DNA of 64,000 nucleotides from Balanoglossus misakiensis (taxonomy: Eukaryota > Animalia > Hemichordata): NCBI GenBank assembly GCA_040954595.2, contig CM082577.2:12433654-12497653 (forward strand), read 5' to 3'. Every line of letters begins with the position of its first letter. Positions within the stretch are counted from its first letter, which is position 1. The notes beneath the pieces are model-generated. The model searched no databases and was not told the origin of the DNA. It was given only the letters and a program-made list of their open reading frames with translations. Below, piece after piece: positions 25,801-40,800 of this stretch. The position numbers were made by a program, and so were the translations under genes.

Positions 25801-28800
25801 ATTTATTATCCTTTTATTTAATGCAAGAGTGAGGTGTGGGGTTCATTTCCGTACTAAGTTATTGCCACACATAGGTCACTATTACATGCTGGTAAATATC
25901 GTTATTTGGAAACAGCAAATTATTGCTACATTACTGCAATTACTGCATGGACTTCACAGATACAAGGTATACATAAAAATATTGATTTAACACAGATCTA
26001 AATGTACTAGTGGATATTTACCAGTGTTGTGATAATTAGGCCCTTAAAATTTAATTAATTTTATCATTTATTCATCTAGAATGGTCATGACAATATAGCT
26101 CAACTGCACTGGGCTGCAAAAAATCTTCACCAGCTCATTGTTTGTGCTTTGAAGGATGGTGGTATAAACATTGATCAATATGTTGAGGTATGTTAATTGA
26201 ACATGTTACTTTTTTGCACGACTTATTCAATGTGGTATTGTATATTTAGCCCTTTCAAACATCCATGTAAGGATACCGCCAAACATTAGTTACAGCATGT
26301 TGCTTTATAATAAAAGAAATTCCAGAAACAGTAACATTTGATGTAACAGTTTACTTGTTCATTTTTAAAATTTATTATTTGACTATGATCTACCGGTTAA
26401 AAACACCTCAAAGAAACTGTTGTTACAAGCTGAATAAAAACAGCCAGCAGTTAAAGTTATTGGCCCTTTAATAAAATAAATAATGAAAAAATAGTTTGAA
26501 AGTTTTAAACAAACTATTCAGTATTACATTTTCTTTTTTTAGAAAATTGAGAAAGGAAAGGTATGTTTTACAATCATGACACAATCATCACTCTTACTGT
26601 CGAAACATTTTGGTGTTGTCCTTCCACAGTCATTAAAAACTACTACATTGTTAAGGAAAACATGATCAAGCATGTAATTGTTATCTGTTTCGGTTATTTT
26701 CTTTACAGAGTGGTATGACATCATTACAGATCTTATCTAAGGAAAGAAACTTGAAGGGTGTTGAAATCTTGGTAGAAAATGGGGCTGATATAAATACATT
26801 TTCTGTGGTAAGTGCTCCTTTTGTATTCAAAACACATTTCTTTAAAAACATTCATATTGTTTACACCAATATGTGGAAATGTTTGTTCATATTTTCAATC
26901 CAGGAGTGCAGAACTCATATATGTACCTTCAGAGAAATACCTTCATTTAAGATGAGTCCCCCGTATCTTTTTGCTCGTTGCTATGGGCCTTTATAGGACA
27001 CTACACTCAATTTTGATCGAAACCGTTATGAACGTCCGACAAGGGGCTTGTAACTAGTTAAAAATACACACGATTGTGTGCACACACCCTGTCCGAGTAT
27101 GTTTACGGCAGCTACCGCCCGGCCATAGGCCGCCACGCTAATACGGCAAAGCAGCGGTCAGCGATAGCGTGCGCGTCCTGTAACCACAGTAACTGGATCG
27201 AACGCTAAAAATCCAATGTTTTGTACACAGAGATTTTGTACCGTTCACGAAAATCCCTAAGGCTTTTTTCATAGGCCATGTACGCCAGTCAAATTTGACC
27301 TGCTTGTTGAGAACGCACTTCCGCACAGTGTGACAGATCGTTTTTTCGGTTTTCGTCGTGCTAAGAAGCGATACCGGTGGAAGAGTGCGTCCAAAAACAC
27401 CCAAAATCGATGACTTTTTCAGGTGTGGTACGGGTATGCTGAAATCGTAGGATACAACGATAATATTCGAAAACAAAATCCGTCACGATCTTCCCTGGTT
27501 CAAGCAACTAATGAATATCAAGTTCGTTTTTGAGGTCACGGAATAAAAAGCCTTAGGCTTTTGAAATTTGACCTAGCTAATTTGCATATCAATGGCGTCA
27601 GGGGGCGCGCGCTCACAATCGTGCAGATTTTCAACTAGTTACCAGCCCCTTGTTAGACTCTGAAAATGGCTTAGTCCAAATCGGGGTGTAATGTCCTGCA
27701 AAGGCCCATAGCAACGGGCAAAAAGATCCGGGGGACCCATCTTAAGGTGGCATTGCATGAAAACTTGTGATTTTTGCCAAATTTTACTTTTTTACATAAA
27801 TCGGTAGGCCTAATACTGACCCACATCCTGACTAATACGTCTTGGCGGAAATGGTGCATAATCACCCCAAAATAGCACTTTTCTGAATGAGTTCACAGCT
27901 TAACAAATAGGTGTCAACAATGCAAATGGCCGTTTTTCTCAGTTTGCATTTTCGCTGCTTTTGACAACTTCAGACGAAAATAGCTTCGCTATTTTTGTTA
28001 GTCGATAAAGTGTCCCTGACGGGAATAAACTCTGATTCAATACAACTCACCGTGAATTTGATCAAATTTTACTAAAAATCTAACTTTCAAACGCTGTTAC
28101 TCCTCAATGGAAGCAGATAACGCAAAACAAAATTACCGTTTTTTTGTACGTGTACTCTAGTTTCGAATGACATATTAAGATGCATGATGCATGGTCAACT
28201 TTTTTACCTAATTTAAATTTAATGACATAATATAAAAAAATGGGTTTTTTCACCCAAAATCGCCACCATTTCCGGGGATCAATAATATTTGCAACAAAAG
28301 TTCAAAAACTCAGCTTCCAGAATATATATGGTTTATGGGAGTTTTAACGTTGTCTTTGATCAGAAATAGGCCTCTGAAAAAGTCTCGATGGTTTCATGCA
28401 ATGCCACCTTAAGTTCTTGTGGTTTGCTGTTGTTGTTGTCGTTGTTTCAATTCACAAAATTATGTGATGGTTATAACTTTTAAATAGGAAGGACACACTG
28501 CTCTGTATTATGCATCAAGTGTTAAAGAAAGTGACAGTGAAACGTCAAGCGGCGAAGATAGTGACTGTGTAGCCATCACCAAACAATTTCTCTCCAAAGG
28601 AGCTCAGTTGATGAAGGAAACTAATAAGGTGAGCAATGCATTTGGAATACTTTTACTGGATGGATTAATGTTATACTTCCAGTATGGTGAGTATTGTATC
28701 CATCAACCAATTATCTATATAACTATTATCCATTTTCGCTCACGTGTTTCGCATACTGGTACATGAGCTCATGTCATGCTGATGTCTGTCTGTCTGTCCA

Positions 28801-31800
28801 TCCCTCTGTGAGTCTATCTGTAGGCATGAACAAATGTGTCAGGTTTTAATCCAATTGGTACACGGGGACAGATTTCTACTAGTAAAAACTGGAAAGATAG
28901 TGGGCGGGCATGTGGCATGTGTGTTTATGATGTTGTCAGGGTTTTAATGTTTCTGTTGGAAGGTGCATGATTGCCATTATGCTGTAGGCAAAGTTTGACT
29001 GCACCTAGTATGATATATAATTAACTTACCATGGGACTTAAAAACTCTAAGAGCTGCCATATTCCACATAATTTTCCAAAATCCTCACCATTAAGCCATA
29101 ATTCTTGCATTCGCATCATCAGTTTGTCAACTCTTGGCGACACATATACCATGATAGCTGCATTTAACTGTTTGTATGGAGGCTGCATGGGTGTGGCACC
29201 CATTTAAAGGTATACAGTCACCTCCAATTTACATATGCCCATATATGGCTGAAATGGCGCATTTGAGCGTTCTAAAGAACATATGGTGGCGCTCTTTTTT
29301 TCGCGTGTGCCACCCACTGAAAATCCGTGATTGGCTAGATCTCAAGTTTACCATGGTAACTGTAGCTAATTTCCATAGGTGACCGTATACTGTTTAGTGT
29401 GTTCAAATTACAACATACAGCCACTATTGGACATCAATCAAATGTTCATATCTATCAGTAAGCTTATTTATGTGGACCAATTTAAGTTAGAAAATAAAAT
29501 CATGAAAATAATGTAAAATGTGGCAACTTTACAGGCTTTAATTATTATCTCATAGATAATGCTAAAGATACAGTTTTCACAGAGACCAAATTGTATCAAG
29601 AGACTCTTAGCAGTGTCAAAGTAATTAACAGGTTGTTTACATGGTTATCAAGGTTATAAAGTTAGGGTGCTCCAATTAAAGTTTGAGCAGATCAAAGTTA
29701 GGGCTTAAACAAAGCTATTGGTGCAATTGTTTTGTGATAATGACCTTTTTGACCTATGTTAACATTATTAAATATTTTAAGCTGGCCAACACAAGTCATT
29801 TATGTTGTTGGACATGGACTGGTGTGGGCGATAATGTTTTGACACACTTTTGATAATCTTGGGATGACCCTTGGCCTACTTTCACATGTCTTGTATCAAG
29901 AATCTCAATCTGATTACTTATACTTTTAATCAGAATGCAAGAATCTATACAAGCCTGATATTTTGTGGGGTGTAACACATGATGTTCGTGATGAGTCTTA
30001 TGCTTTTTCTCATTAATTAACCTTACTTACACTTATAACCACATTTTTCTCCCTTTCATATATACAACACACAATATTTGTGGATATATCAAACTATATA
30101 TATACTATGTAAAGTTTTAAATTCTCAGACCTTATAAATTACTGCTACTAATGAGCATGAAATCGTTTTCAGGAACTACCACTGCTGTGGGCCGTTTCAC
30201 GATGCAGAAAGGACATTGTTAAAAACCTTTTGTCTGCTGGAATAGATATCAATAGAATGACGAAGATGTATATAGAACTGATGTAAGTTTTGCCTTTTCT
30301 CTTATTAAGTCAGGGCTACTGCGACTCTGCACAATATTAAAATATATCTCTAGTGTCATAAAGGTACTCCTTTCGCTAAGAATAATGTGGCCTTTTGCCA
30401 TTCATTACATCTCAGAATATGTTGACGGTATCTTTGTGATCAGAATTTGTCTATTTAATTCATCCACATAATGAGAGAGTTGGTGGCAGCCAGGTTCGCT
30501 GGTTCACGTTATCAAAATTTGTTTTGGGTGGAGCTATAAATGGTATTTCATTTGCTATTTGTTAACGCCCAGCCACTTTCAAGTCTCTCCCTGTGCATGT
30601 TGCATAAAATGGCATTTGTAATCTGAGGAAGATTAATGAACTTGACTGTACGTTGTTCAGTGAGCAGTTTTTTCATAACAGTGACAGTGAGTACACTTAT
30701 GCTGTTTGAATCATTGCTCATTCCTCCCTGTACACAATCTGATTGGAGAGGTTTGCTCCATGTACTATTTGTGTGAAGATTTACATCCATGAGATGCTGG
30801 TGCAGCCATGCTCGCAAATATGTGACAGGTGAAATGTTGCAGTTCATGATCGAACTAGAAAATAACAACAAATTCTAACGCGCAGATAAGATCTGCAGAA
30901 CCTGAGTCCCAGTTGGCCATATCCCCCCCCCCCACAACACGCAATATCCCCTACCTATGGGACATAAACTCTGTCACCCATGTAATATCACGTTTTTCCT
31001 ATGTCACATGGTTCAGTCTCAGCCATTCAAGAGTATGAAATGCAACGTGAGGTGTTATCAAAGAGGAATATGTGCATATGAATAACATATTGATGGGACT
31101 AGTCCCCAAAATGTGTCTTGTGGACATCGTAGATAACTTTAACTGTATTTTAAAATAAATTTAAGCTCATTTCCTTCAGTCCTCAGTTGATAAATCGGTT
31201 CTGCAGTTGGCTGCTGAGAGCGGTAAATGTGAGTCAGTACGTCTTTGCATAGAGATGGGGTCTAAAGTAAATCTTCAAGATGTGGTAAGTTGAATAATAC
31301 TTGAGGGTAGCTTGTGAGGTTCGTCAAAGCATATTTTAGTTGAAAATTTCTTGATCACACGACATGAATTTTATTTCTCTGTCACCAAAATTTTTAGTAC
31401 TGTACTTGTGTGTTTGTTGTTTGTTTGTTTTTCATAGGATGGATTTTGAAAAGAATGTACTTGAACAAGTGCAATCTCATCCGAACATCCAATGATGGCT
31501 TTAACAAAACAGCCTGAAACCTGTCTATATTGTCGCAAACCCGTATCTCAGAAAAGCTACACTATACACTTCACCACACTCAATTGCACCACACTACCCG
31601 GTACAATATTTAAATAATAACACATGATAGCGAGGGCAATATCACGATTTGAAATCCGCGGCTCGGGCATCATCAGTATTATGGTCAGAGAGCACCAGCC
31701 CGATGGCAGGCTTCAAGTCATGTTATAACACACCATGCAGCGAACCCTCGATCGTGATTCGTCAATACGACGTCACGTGACCTTAGTCATTTCGAACTGT

Positions 31801-34800
31801 TGCCTTGGGCATCAGTTCGATAGGTTTGGTGTGTTATAAAACACATGATGGCTGACATATTCGGGCAACAGTGTATTTTTAATGACCTCGGGACTGCCAG
31901 TCACACCAAAACAGTCTGTTTTCCCTCGGGCTATGCCCTCGGGAAAACAAGACTGTTTTAGTTGTGACTAGCAGCACCCTCGGTCATCAAAATACACTGT
32001 TGCCCTCATTGTCAGTCATCATGTGTATAATGTTGCCCGAGCATCATGTGTTTAAGCAATAAAACACCCCCAGCCATGGTATACCACGAGATTTTGACCA
32101 GTTCACGACATATACGCACGAGCGATGTCGTGAACTGGTCAAAATCTCGTGGTATACCATGGCTGGGGGTGTTTTATTGCTATTATATTATGCCAGTATA
32201 TTGAAACTTTGCATAAAACATTTTAAAAAGGCATTTTCTTTGACTATGATATATGACTGTGGTATATGGCTAATATATCACGGTCACATGTCGTGTCTCG
32301 ACCAATCAAATAGCTTGATTTACACCATCAATATACTGGTATAATATAATATTAATTTTATCATGCCGAACATTTGAACATTCACTACTGCATAGAAGAA
32401 CATAGGGTTGCGTCCATGTTGTACATTGCTGACAATGTCTCGATCTCCCAAGAACTGTAGCCTCATATACCTACTTTGAACTCAGATAATTTTGAGGATA
32501 CTCTGCTGTTGCCTGCGTATTTACTGCCCGTTTGCAATAAAATATCATCCAGTTGAACAGGTGTTAAAGTGGAACGTTGTGATCCGTTTTTGAGCCAATT
32601 CTGCGTAATGCGATTAAAAAGTACTATGAAAAACGTTGGTTTCATTCACTTTCACTTACGCATAACAGAGCTACAGCCAGCCAAAAACTGCGCGAACCCG
32701 GAAGTGAGTGACGTCAGCAACTTGTGGTACCGTTGTCCGCTGCCGACGCGTTGGAGCGAGCTTATGCTTATACACGCCTGCACTCACGCGACCGACGACG
32801 TTAGCATGGCAACATATTCTCGGGTAGTAGGCTACAATTTTGAACCAGAGATTCCATTCTACGACCAAGCGACTGAATTTTACAGAGGACAAAAGTTCAT
32901 GCAGTTCTGATCTCCGATGTGTCCCGTTTGTCAAGGCTTACACTTGGTGTGGTTTCAGTGAAACCATAGACCCTAGGGTCTATGGTGAAACAGACAATGC
33001 TGTTAACAATACCCTCCCTTGTCTCTCCCTCGTTGTCACCTTTTCGAACCACTTTTCTTACAAAAATTCTTTGTCACCTTTTATGGAGTTGAAAAGAACG
33101 CAGGTGCATCGTCCTGCTCTCCAGGTGTATGGGGTGCCATGTGTTAACTTATTATTTAGCTCAATTATTTGTTCAAAAGTCGTTATTTAACATACTTATA
33201 TGTATGTAATTATAGATTTGCAAACCATTTAAGTCCTGACAATTTTTTTATAAATAATTTCAAGTCGATTCAATTATATACATAAAATGTATTTTATGCT
33301 CTTTTATTTATATATAATTAATTATTTATAAATAATAAAAATGTAAGTGTATTATATATATATCATGAGTGATGTACATAATTATTTATATATAATTAAT
33401 TATTTATAAATAAAAAATTTTTAAGTGTATTATATACATATCATGAGTGATTTATAAATAATTTAAGTGCAAGTCTATTATATATATATCATGAGTGATT
33501 TACATTATATAATGAATTATATATAAATAAGTGATTTCTAAACAATGAATAATGGCATTGTCATGACCGGCCAACCTTTGACCTCGGAGACCACAATGTA
33601 GAGCTATCGATCAGCTTTTCGCGTTTCAATCAAACATTGCAATCACAGGCTAAAATCACTAACTAGTTGATACCTTTTTCGGTGTTTCATCTAACCTTTG
33701 AAAGGAGTATAGTAAAAATGAAATGACCGCACGTAATGTGCATTTCTTGTTCACGTGTGGGGACTATATGTGTGCGTAATGATCCAAATGCAAGGGGTTG
33801 TGTGAACAGGCCTTAAATAATGAGTTTGCGTTAAATAATGAGTTTGCGTTAAATAATAAGTTGACAAACGGCGCGAGTGCATTTTTTCATGGTTTAGAAA
33901 TCACTTATTTATATATAATTCATTATATAATGTAAATCACTCATGATATATATATAATAGACTTGCACTTAAATTATTTATAAATCACTCATGATATGTA
34001 TATAATACACTTAAAATTTTTTTATTTATAAATAATTAATTATATATAAATAATTATGTACATCACTCATGATATATATATAATACACTTACATTTTTAT
34101 TATTTATAAATAATTAATTATATATAAATAAAAGAGCATAAAATACATTTTATGTATATAATTAAATCGACTTGAAATTATTTATAAATAAATTGTCAGG
34201 ACTTAAATGGTTTGCAAATCTATAATTACATACATATAAGTATGTTAAATAACGACTTTTGAACAAATAATTGAGCTAAATAATAAGTTAACACATGGCA
34301 CCCCATACAGGTGTAGTACGTCCGTAGTATAATGGAAGCCAATACCATAGTTATTCTATGCATGTTTCGTCTCTTGAAATGTATTAAAACTGCCCTTTTT
34401 AGTTGCTTTCATTTGATAACTATGCGATCGTCAATAAATGGAAATTAAACCCAAATACGTGTACCAAAAAACGTGCAGGAAGGATTTAAAACGGTACGTT
34501 TATTATTATCAGCGGCAGTTAGAACAACTTTGTATAGGCCTTACAGTTTGTTCATAAACGTCGACATGCATGGCATCGTGGACATTGCAGGGTCTATGTC
34601 AATCTGATTAAAATCAGATGTAGGGAACGGCGACTTGGTTTTTTTATGCTGTCGCCTCACACTACATCTGACCAACTCTCAATGGAGATCCCGCTGAACT
34701 CTCGCGTTCCGACCCGGCCAATCAGATTGCGTGTTATGCTGACTAAAGAATTGCACTGGGAGATGGGAGAAATGTTGTTGTTGACTTCGAGTATCGCACA

Positions 34801-37800
34801 GAATACGAAAGATTGGCTTTCTCTTGTGAACAATTACATGTAATCCCATGATATCTTTCTTTGTTTGGCGTCATCGTATACGAGGGGTTTTTCGCAGAGC
34901 AGTGAAACGTCGAGCTGTAGCCATATACAAATGATGAACTGTCGTTGATCATTTATAAACTCTCCTAACAAGTCGTCATGTTCGCCCTCATAGTCATGCT
35001 GCCAGTCGGGAAAATGACGTACACACGTGTAAAAGTTTATAAAAAATAAACCAAATTTCACTGCCATGTATCCCAAAACAATTTATGTGACAGATTTTTA
35101 AAAAGAACGCTAACTTCGGCTAAGGAATGTCAAGTCATAGCTCCGCGTTCAGGTCTGTGTGTTCCCGACGCACCACAGCCCTACATAAGGCCCCATAGAC
35201 AAAACTGGTGCGTCTGCGGTCCGGACCCGGACGCCCGACCGCAGCTTTTTCTGTCGAAATTCAATTTTATCGAAGCAAAATCCTTTCCCTGTCTACTTCA
35301 ACCGACCCCAAATATGATGCGATTAACTTCTTCTAACGTCCGTGTAACGCCGGGAACACACAGACCTGCACGCAGAGCTACAGTCAAGTCAGTGCACTGT
35401 GCAGTCGGTCGGTACACTCTCATCTCTACACTCTGGTGTATACAAACGATCGTGGCGACAGAATCTCTCCCTGGGACGGCCTTACACAAATGTAATCGAT
35501 TCTCTAACAATTTTACTGCGACTTGTTGCCACGTCTTATACATTTCGTTGACCGGTGGAATATAGAGGTTCAGTCGTCACGCTGAACTGGCTCGAAACCA
35601 TTCCCCACGCTGATTCCACTCTCGCGCCCAGGATATATGTCTGTGGTAGCTCCATGGTAACAACCGCAAGGGGCCAGGTAATGTGATTGTGGGTTGCCTA
35701 TCATTTGCTATAAGGCGCCTTCTGATTGGATTAGATTCCCAGTAATTCTCGTAGAGTTCAGCGAGATCTCCATTGAGAGTTGGTCAGATGTAGTGTGAGG
35801 CGACAGCATAAAAAAACCAAGTCGCCGTTCCCTACATCTGATTTTAATCAGATTGGGTCTATGTCTGCACGCATCGACAAATACAATACACGTAGAGCAT
35901 TGCCTTTGAAAGAAACTTATCCCCGTCGATTTTCCGAATATGTTTTTAAAATCATGAACTTGACATTTCGCCATGTCAGATCCGCGCAAAATGTGTCTGT
36001 TTATTGGAAATGACACGTCGAACGTGTAGGCGCTGCGCATCGACTGCAACGCAAGTTGCTGACGTCACTGTAGTATTTTCAACTCGCGTCTTCTGCTTGC
36101 GCATGAAGTGAAAGTGAATAAACCCATCGGAACGTTGCCGTTTTTGACACCCGGTTTGTACTTTGAAGCCCAAAATTGTGGGTGTCGTTCCTCTTTAAGC
36201 TAGACTCTCTCACAGCCCACGGTTTGCTACAACAAGGCTCTTCACTGACACGTCCTCAACTGTTTGGCAGGGGAGCAGCACCGTTCCATAAGCCTGCATG
36301 GACGGCGAGAGGGGATGTGAGAGAGTCTAGTGTTAATCCTGTGTGTTGCTTTCAAGCCATAGATGCAGGAGTTGACTGATCGTGAAGGAAGCGTTTGAAC
36401 GACAGTTTGTTATGCGCAGAAGTCGTGCGCAGAACACCAAAACAATGCAGCGGGCAATATCAGCGCACGTGACAGGGCTTTATCAACTCTAGCCATGTTA
36501 TATCACTTTTTTCTCTATGTCACATGAGTGCGACTCAGCCAATCAACAATACGACATACTATGTGAGGTGTAATAAAATACAATGCAATACTATACTAAA
36601 CAATTCAGTTCATTGTACTGACCTGCACTCCTTTTCTATCGCAAATTTGTGTAGTCTGAGGTATCATAAAATAATTGAACATCATATACTCTACTCTTTT
36701 GCCATCCATGAGAATATTAAACATATCATTTCAATTGCAGGAATTTAAGACTCCTCTTTTCTATGCGGTGAAATCAAAGGATACAGACACAGTAAAAGAA
36801 CTTCTTAAGGCTGGAGCTACATTTTATGAAAATATGGTAAGGTTTCATAATGTTTTGTCACCTTGAGTAAACTATCCAGTGCAAGAGAAATGAACAACAC
36901 CTACACTTTATACCAAATGTAGTATTAATATAGTTTGCATTTTATACCATTTTCACACAAAAAATTGTCAATTAAAAAGACAATTTTTAGCTTTATTTCC
37001 AGGATATGCTTGCCAGCCATTTTGTATTGGTCTGTGGTATTGCTGAGCAGTTCTTTGCTTCATAATAAATCCTATTGGATTTGCAAAGAAATGCATTTAT
37101 AAATCAAAATGATAATTGCAATTAGTTATTACTTTAACACATTATAATGTTATAATGCCACTCATAGTTAATATAAAGCAGGGATCTCCCCCCCCCCCTT
37201 CAGAGCAGTGCTGGACAATGTGACTATTCATAAGCTATTAATATTCATTATAAATATTCATGAACATCTCTGAACTTTTTTTGTCCAACTTACAATGACC
37301 TTGAAAGTAACTGACTGACTGAAAGGCTAAGGCTAGACAGCTGGGGCTGTGTGTATTCTATAATTTAGGGAATGTTACAGTTTGTTTTGCTTTGACCTGA
37401 TTAGATGGTACCAAACAGCCGTACATTGACATATTTTTGACATGTTTTCTTTGAATTACGCGTGTAGGATATACCATGGAAATGGGGACGGGCAATATTG
37501 GTAATCATGATGCTTTATTGGCCAGTATGCAATTGCTGGTAGGAAGCCATGCTGGATTCTCTGGTATGCAAATACATGTCAAAGGTCATGTGGACATACG
37601 GAGTTCTCATTCGTATAACGGATCAGTCAGGACATTACATCCCTCCTCTCTTTGGATAGAACATAGTCAATGACCAAAATAGAGAAAGTTCATAGTCCAT
37701 GTGAAATGTCCGATGAACATTTTTGTGCTAGTGTTGATTACTTTTGGTTGTATAACAATAAAACAAACAAGTAGAAAATGTAAACAACTCTGAACTCGAT

Positions 37801-40800
37801 AACACGAACAATGTAAACGAGTAACATCAACAGCCGATATGCTACTTTCAGTGTTTCAACTCGTAACAACAGCTAGTTTGCATGAAATATCAAATGTCAA
37901 ATCAGGTGACAAAGTCTTTCAGATACTCAGGAGGTCTCCTCAGTCTGGATGATCGACGCGATTCAGGAAAACCTTCAGAGGACACTGGTGGTGTTTCTTG
38001 TCTGGAGAAACAGGAAGTTCGAAGTCTTCAACGATGTTTTCATCCTCTTCCTTGGGGACATCTCCGTTCCCATATCGCAGTTTCTTGAAGAATGATGAAT
38101 TGCGAAAGATTCTGTGACTTCCTCGTCGTGCTGTAATCATACTTCCTTTCTGCTGTTCCACTTCATATGGTTCTGGCTTGAATGGAGTGGACATCTTGTT
38201 CTTCTTTTGTTGTCTGACAAGTACTTGATCACCTATCTGGAGATCGGATGGTTTTGCATGATTCTTCTTGTCAGCATACTCTTTCATTTTCTGTTTCTTT
38301 TCAGCATCTCTGGCTGGCACATCCATCTTGGGCTTGTGGATTTCCTGCTGAACAACTGGCAAGGTTGTTTTCAGCTTTCTTCCGTAGAGCAATTCTGCTG
38401 GGGATCTATCTGTAGTACAATGTGGTGTAGCTCGGTACTGGCGGAGAAACTTGAACAGTTCTTGTCGCCAATTCTTGCCTTCAATCTCGGCTATACGCGC
38501 TGATTTCTCAATCGTTCTCATCAGTCTCTCAGCTTCTCCATTAGCCTTTGGCCATAATGGTGTGACTCTCTTGTGCTTGAAGCCTAAGTACTTGGCAAAC
38601 CTGGTGAAGTTATCACTGTTGAATGGTGGACCGTTGTCCGTCTTCACCTCGTCTGGTATGCCTTGTCGTGCAAATATTGCATCTAGATGCGGAATGACTG
38701 CTTTCGCTGAAGTAGATCTCACGAATTCTATCTCTGGGAATCTGCTGTAGTCGTCGATGACCACTAGAAGATAATCTCCATTAGGAAATGGACCACTAAA
38801 GTCAATGGATAGACTTTTCCAGGGACCGGAAGGTAATGTCGTCATCTTAACGGCTCTGAGCTTGTCTTTGGACTGTGATTGCATGGCTGCTTGGCACGGT
38901 ATACATTTTGCTATCATTTCCTCAACCATGCTGTCAATACCGGGAAACCATACTGTTTCTCGTAGCAACTTCTTTGTTTTCACAACACCCTGGTGACCAC
39001 TGTGAGCCAACTGTACAGCTTTTCTCTGTAGCTTCTGAGGTAGGATCAATCGACTTCCTCTCAACAGTACTCCGTTGGCTACAGATAGCTCTTCTTTGAC
39101 AGATTTGTAGTGACTAACATCTGTGGTTGTGTCATACCACTGTTGCGTCATTACTGCCCGTGACAACTCTTGCAATGCTGCATCTTCGGCAGTCGCTGTC
39201 TGCACTTCTGCGAGTGTCATTGCATCTGGTACTGCATTCTCTGTGATGAAGTTGACATATGTATCAACTCTTGAGGTGTGATCACTGGATTTCGTCGTGG
39301 CAGTCTCAGGATGTCTGCTCATGTAATCTGCAGGATTATCCTTACCAGGGCGGTAGACCACTCTGAATTTGTATGGCTGCATACGTAGACATAGACGTTC
39401 AATTCTGGCTGTTGATCTGCAGAGGGGTTTGTTGAAGATTCCTTCCAACGGTTTGTGATCAGTGACAACCGTGAAGGGGGAACCGTACAGGTACAAATGG
39501 AAGTGTTCTGCTGCCCATACGACTGCAAGTGCCTCTCTTTCAGTCTGGCTGTATCGGCTTTCTGCATCACTCAAAGCTCGACTTGCATAGGCAACTACCG
39601 GTATGTTTTGTTTTCCTGCTGGTGTGCTCTGTGTCAATATGGCACCTAAACCAGTGGGACTTCCATCTACGATGAGTTCTGTGCTCAGCTTGGGATCAAA
39701 ATATTTCATCACCTGGCAGCTGGCCATTGCATCTTTGAGCGTTTTGAACGATTTCTGCTGCTCTGGGCCCATTGCCATTGTACACCTTGGTGGGTCAACT
39801 CACGCATTGGCTTTGATATGGCCACAAAGTTCTGTATGTATCGTGACAAGTACTGCGCCATTCTCAGAAAACTTCTGACTTCTGTTGGGTTTTGTGGTGG
39901 ACTTGCATTCAGGAGTGCTTTCACTTTTGTCTCTTTTGCTGCAACACCATCTCCGGAGAAGTGGTTGCCATAGAAACCAGGGCTCGAAATTAGCGGTAGT
40001 CCCGCGTCCACAGACTACCAACTTTTCCCTGGGGCTACCAAAATCTGCGTAATGGTAGCCCCCGCGGACTACCAAAACTTTGCGTGTGCGAATGACGCGA
40101 TGTTGATCGCTTTGACCTGATCAACTCTCACACGCGTACACGGCCCGATCAAACCAGCACTGTACAGGAGAATGTTTGATACAAACTTTCAATAAAAGTA
40201 TCAATATCTGAACTGACTAATAACTGTAGTCTATTTTTAGTCTTGTTATGTCTCCTCCCCTGCTGATCACTGTGGTCGTTGTCATGGCGAATGTAAAAAT
40301 TTGCATATAACCTCTGCATATTAATAGGTCATCAAACTTTTGGGTGTCGCCCTTGTCTGGACATGTACATGCTATTCTTATACAGGGTATGATCTGCATG
40401 CAGCCAGCCAGGTACTAGAAAAAAAATTCATGAGCACAAGTCAATCATGAAAAAAAAATATTTTTATTTTTTTCTTATGAGATTGATGAAAAAAATATCC
40501 TTCACAGAAAAAAAATATCACTCTTCATTGAAAAGGTGTGCGGGCTACCAGACCTTGTCACGGGGCTACCAACTTCAGAAAATGGTACCCCAAGTGGACT
40601 ACCAGTGAAAAAAGTTAATTTCGAGCCCTGGAAACTGATCTCTGGCTTGCTGAACTCGCTCCCACTTCCCTCTATTGGCTGTCGCATTGTGTCTTCTCAG
40701 ACTTTCCAACACTGCTCTCAGATTGGCATCATGGTCTGCTTGTGGATTTTCTCCTTTTCCATAAACTATGCTGTCATCAGAGATGTTTCTTGCATGAGGT

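Noticed and set aside
34646-36049. Recurrent peptide MLSPHTTSDQLSMEI in four ORFs
   Set aside because: It is the translation of the MULE-like TIR, present twice per copy.
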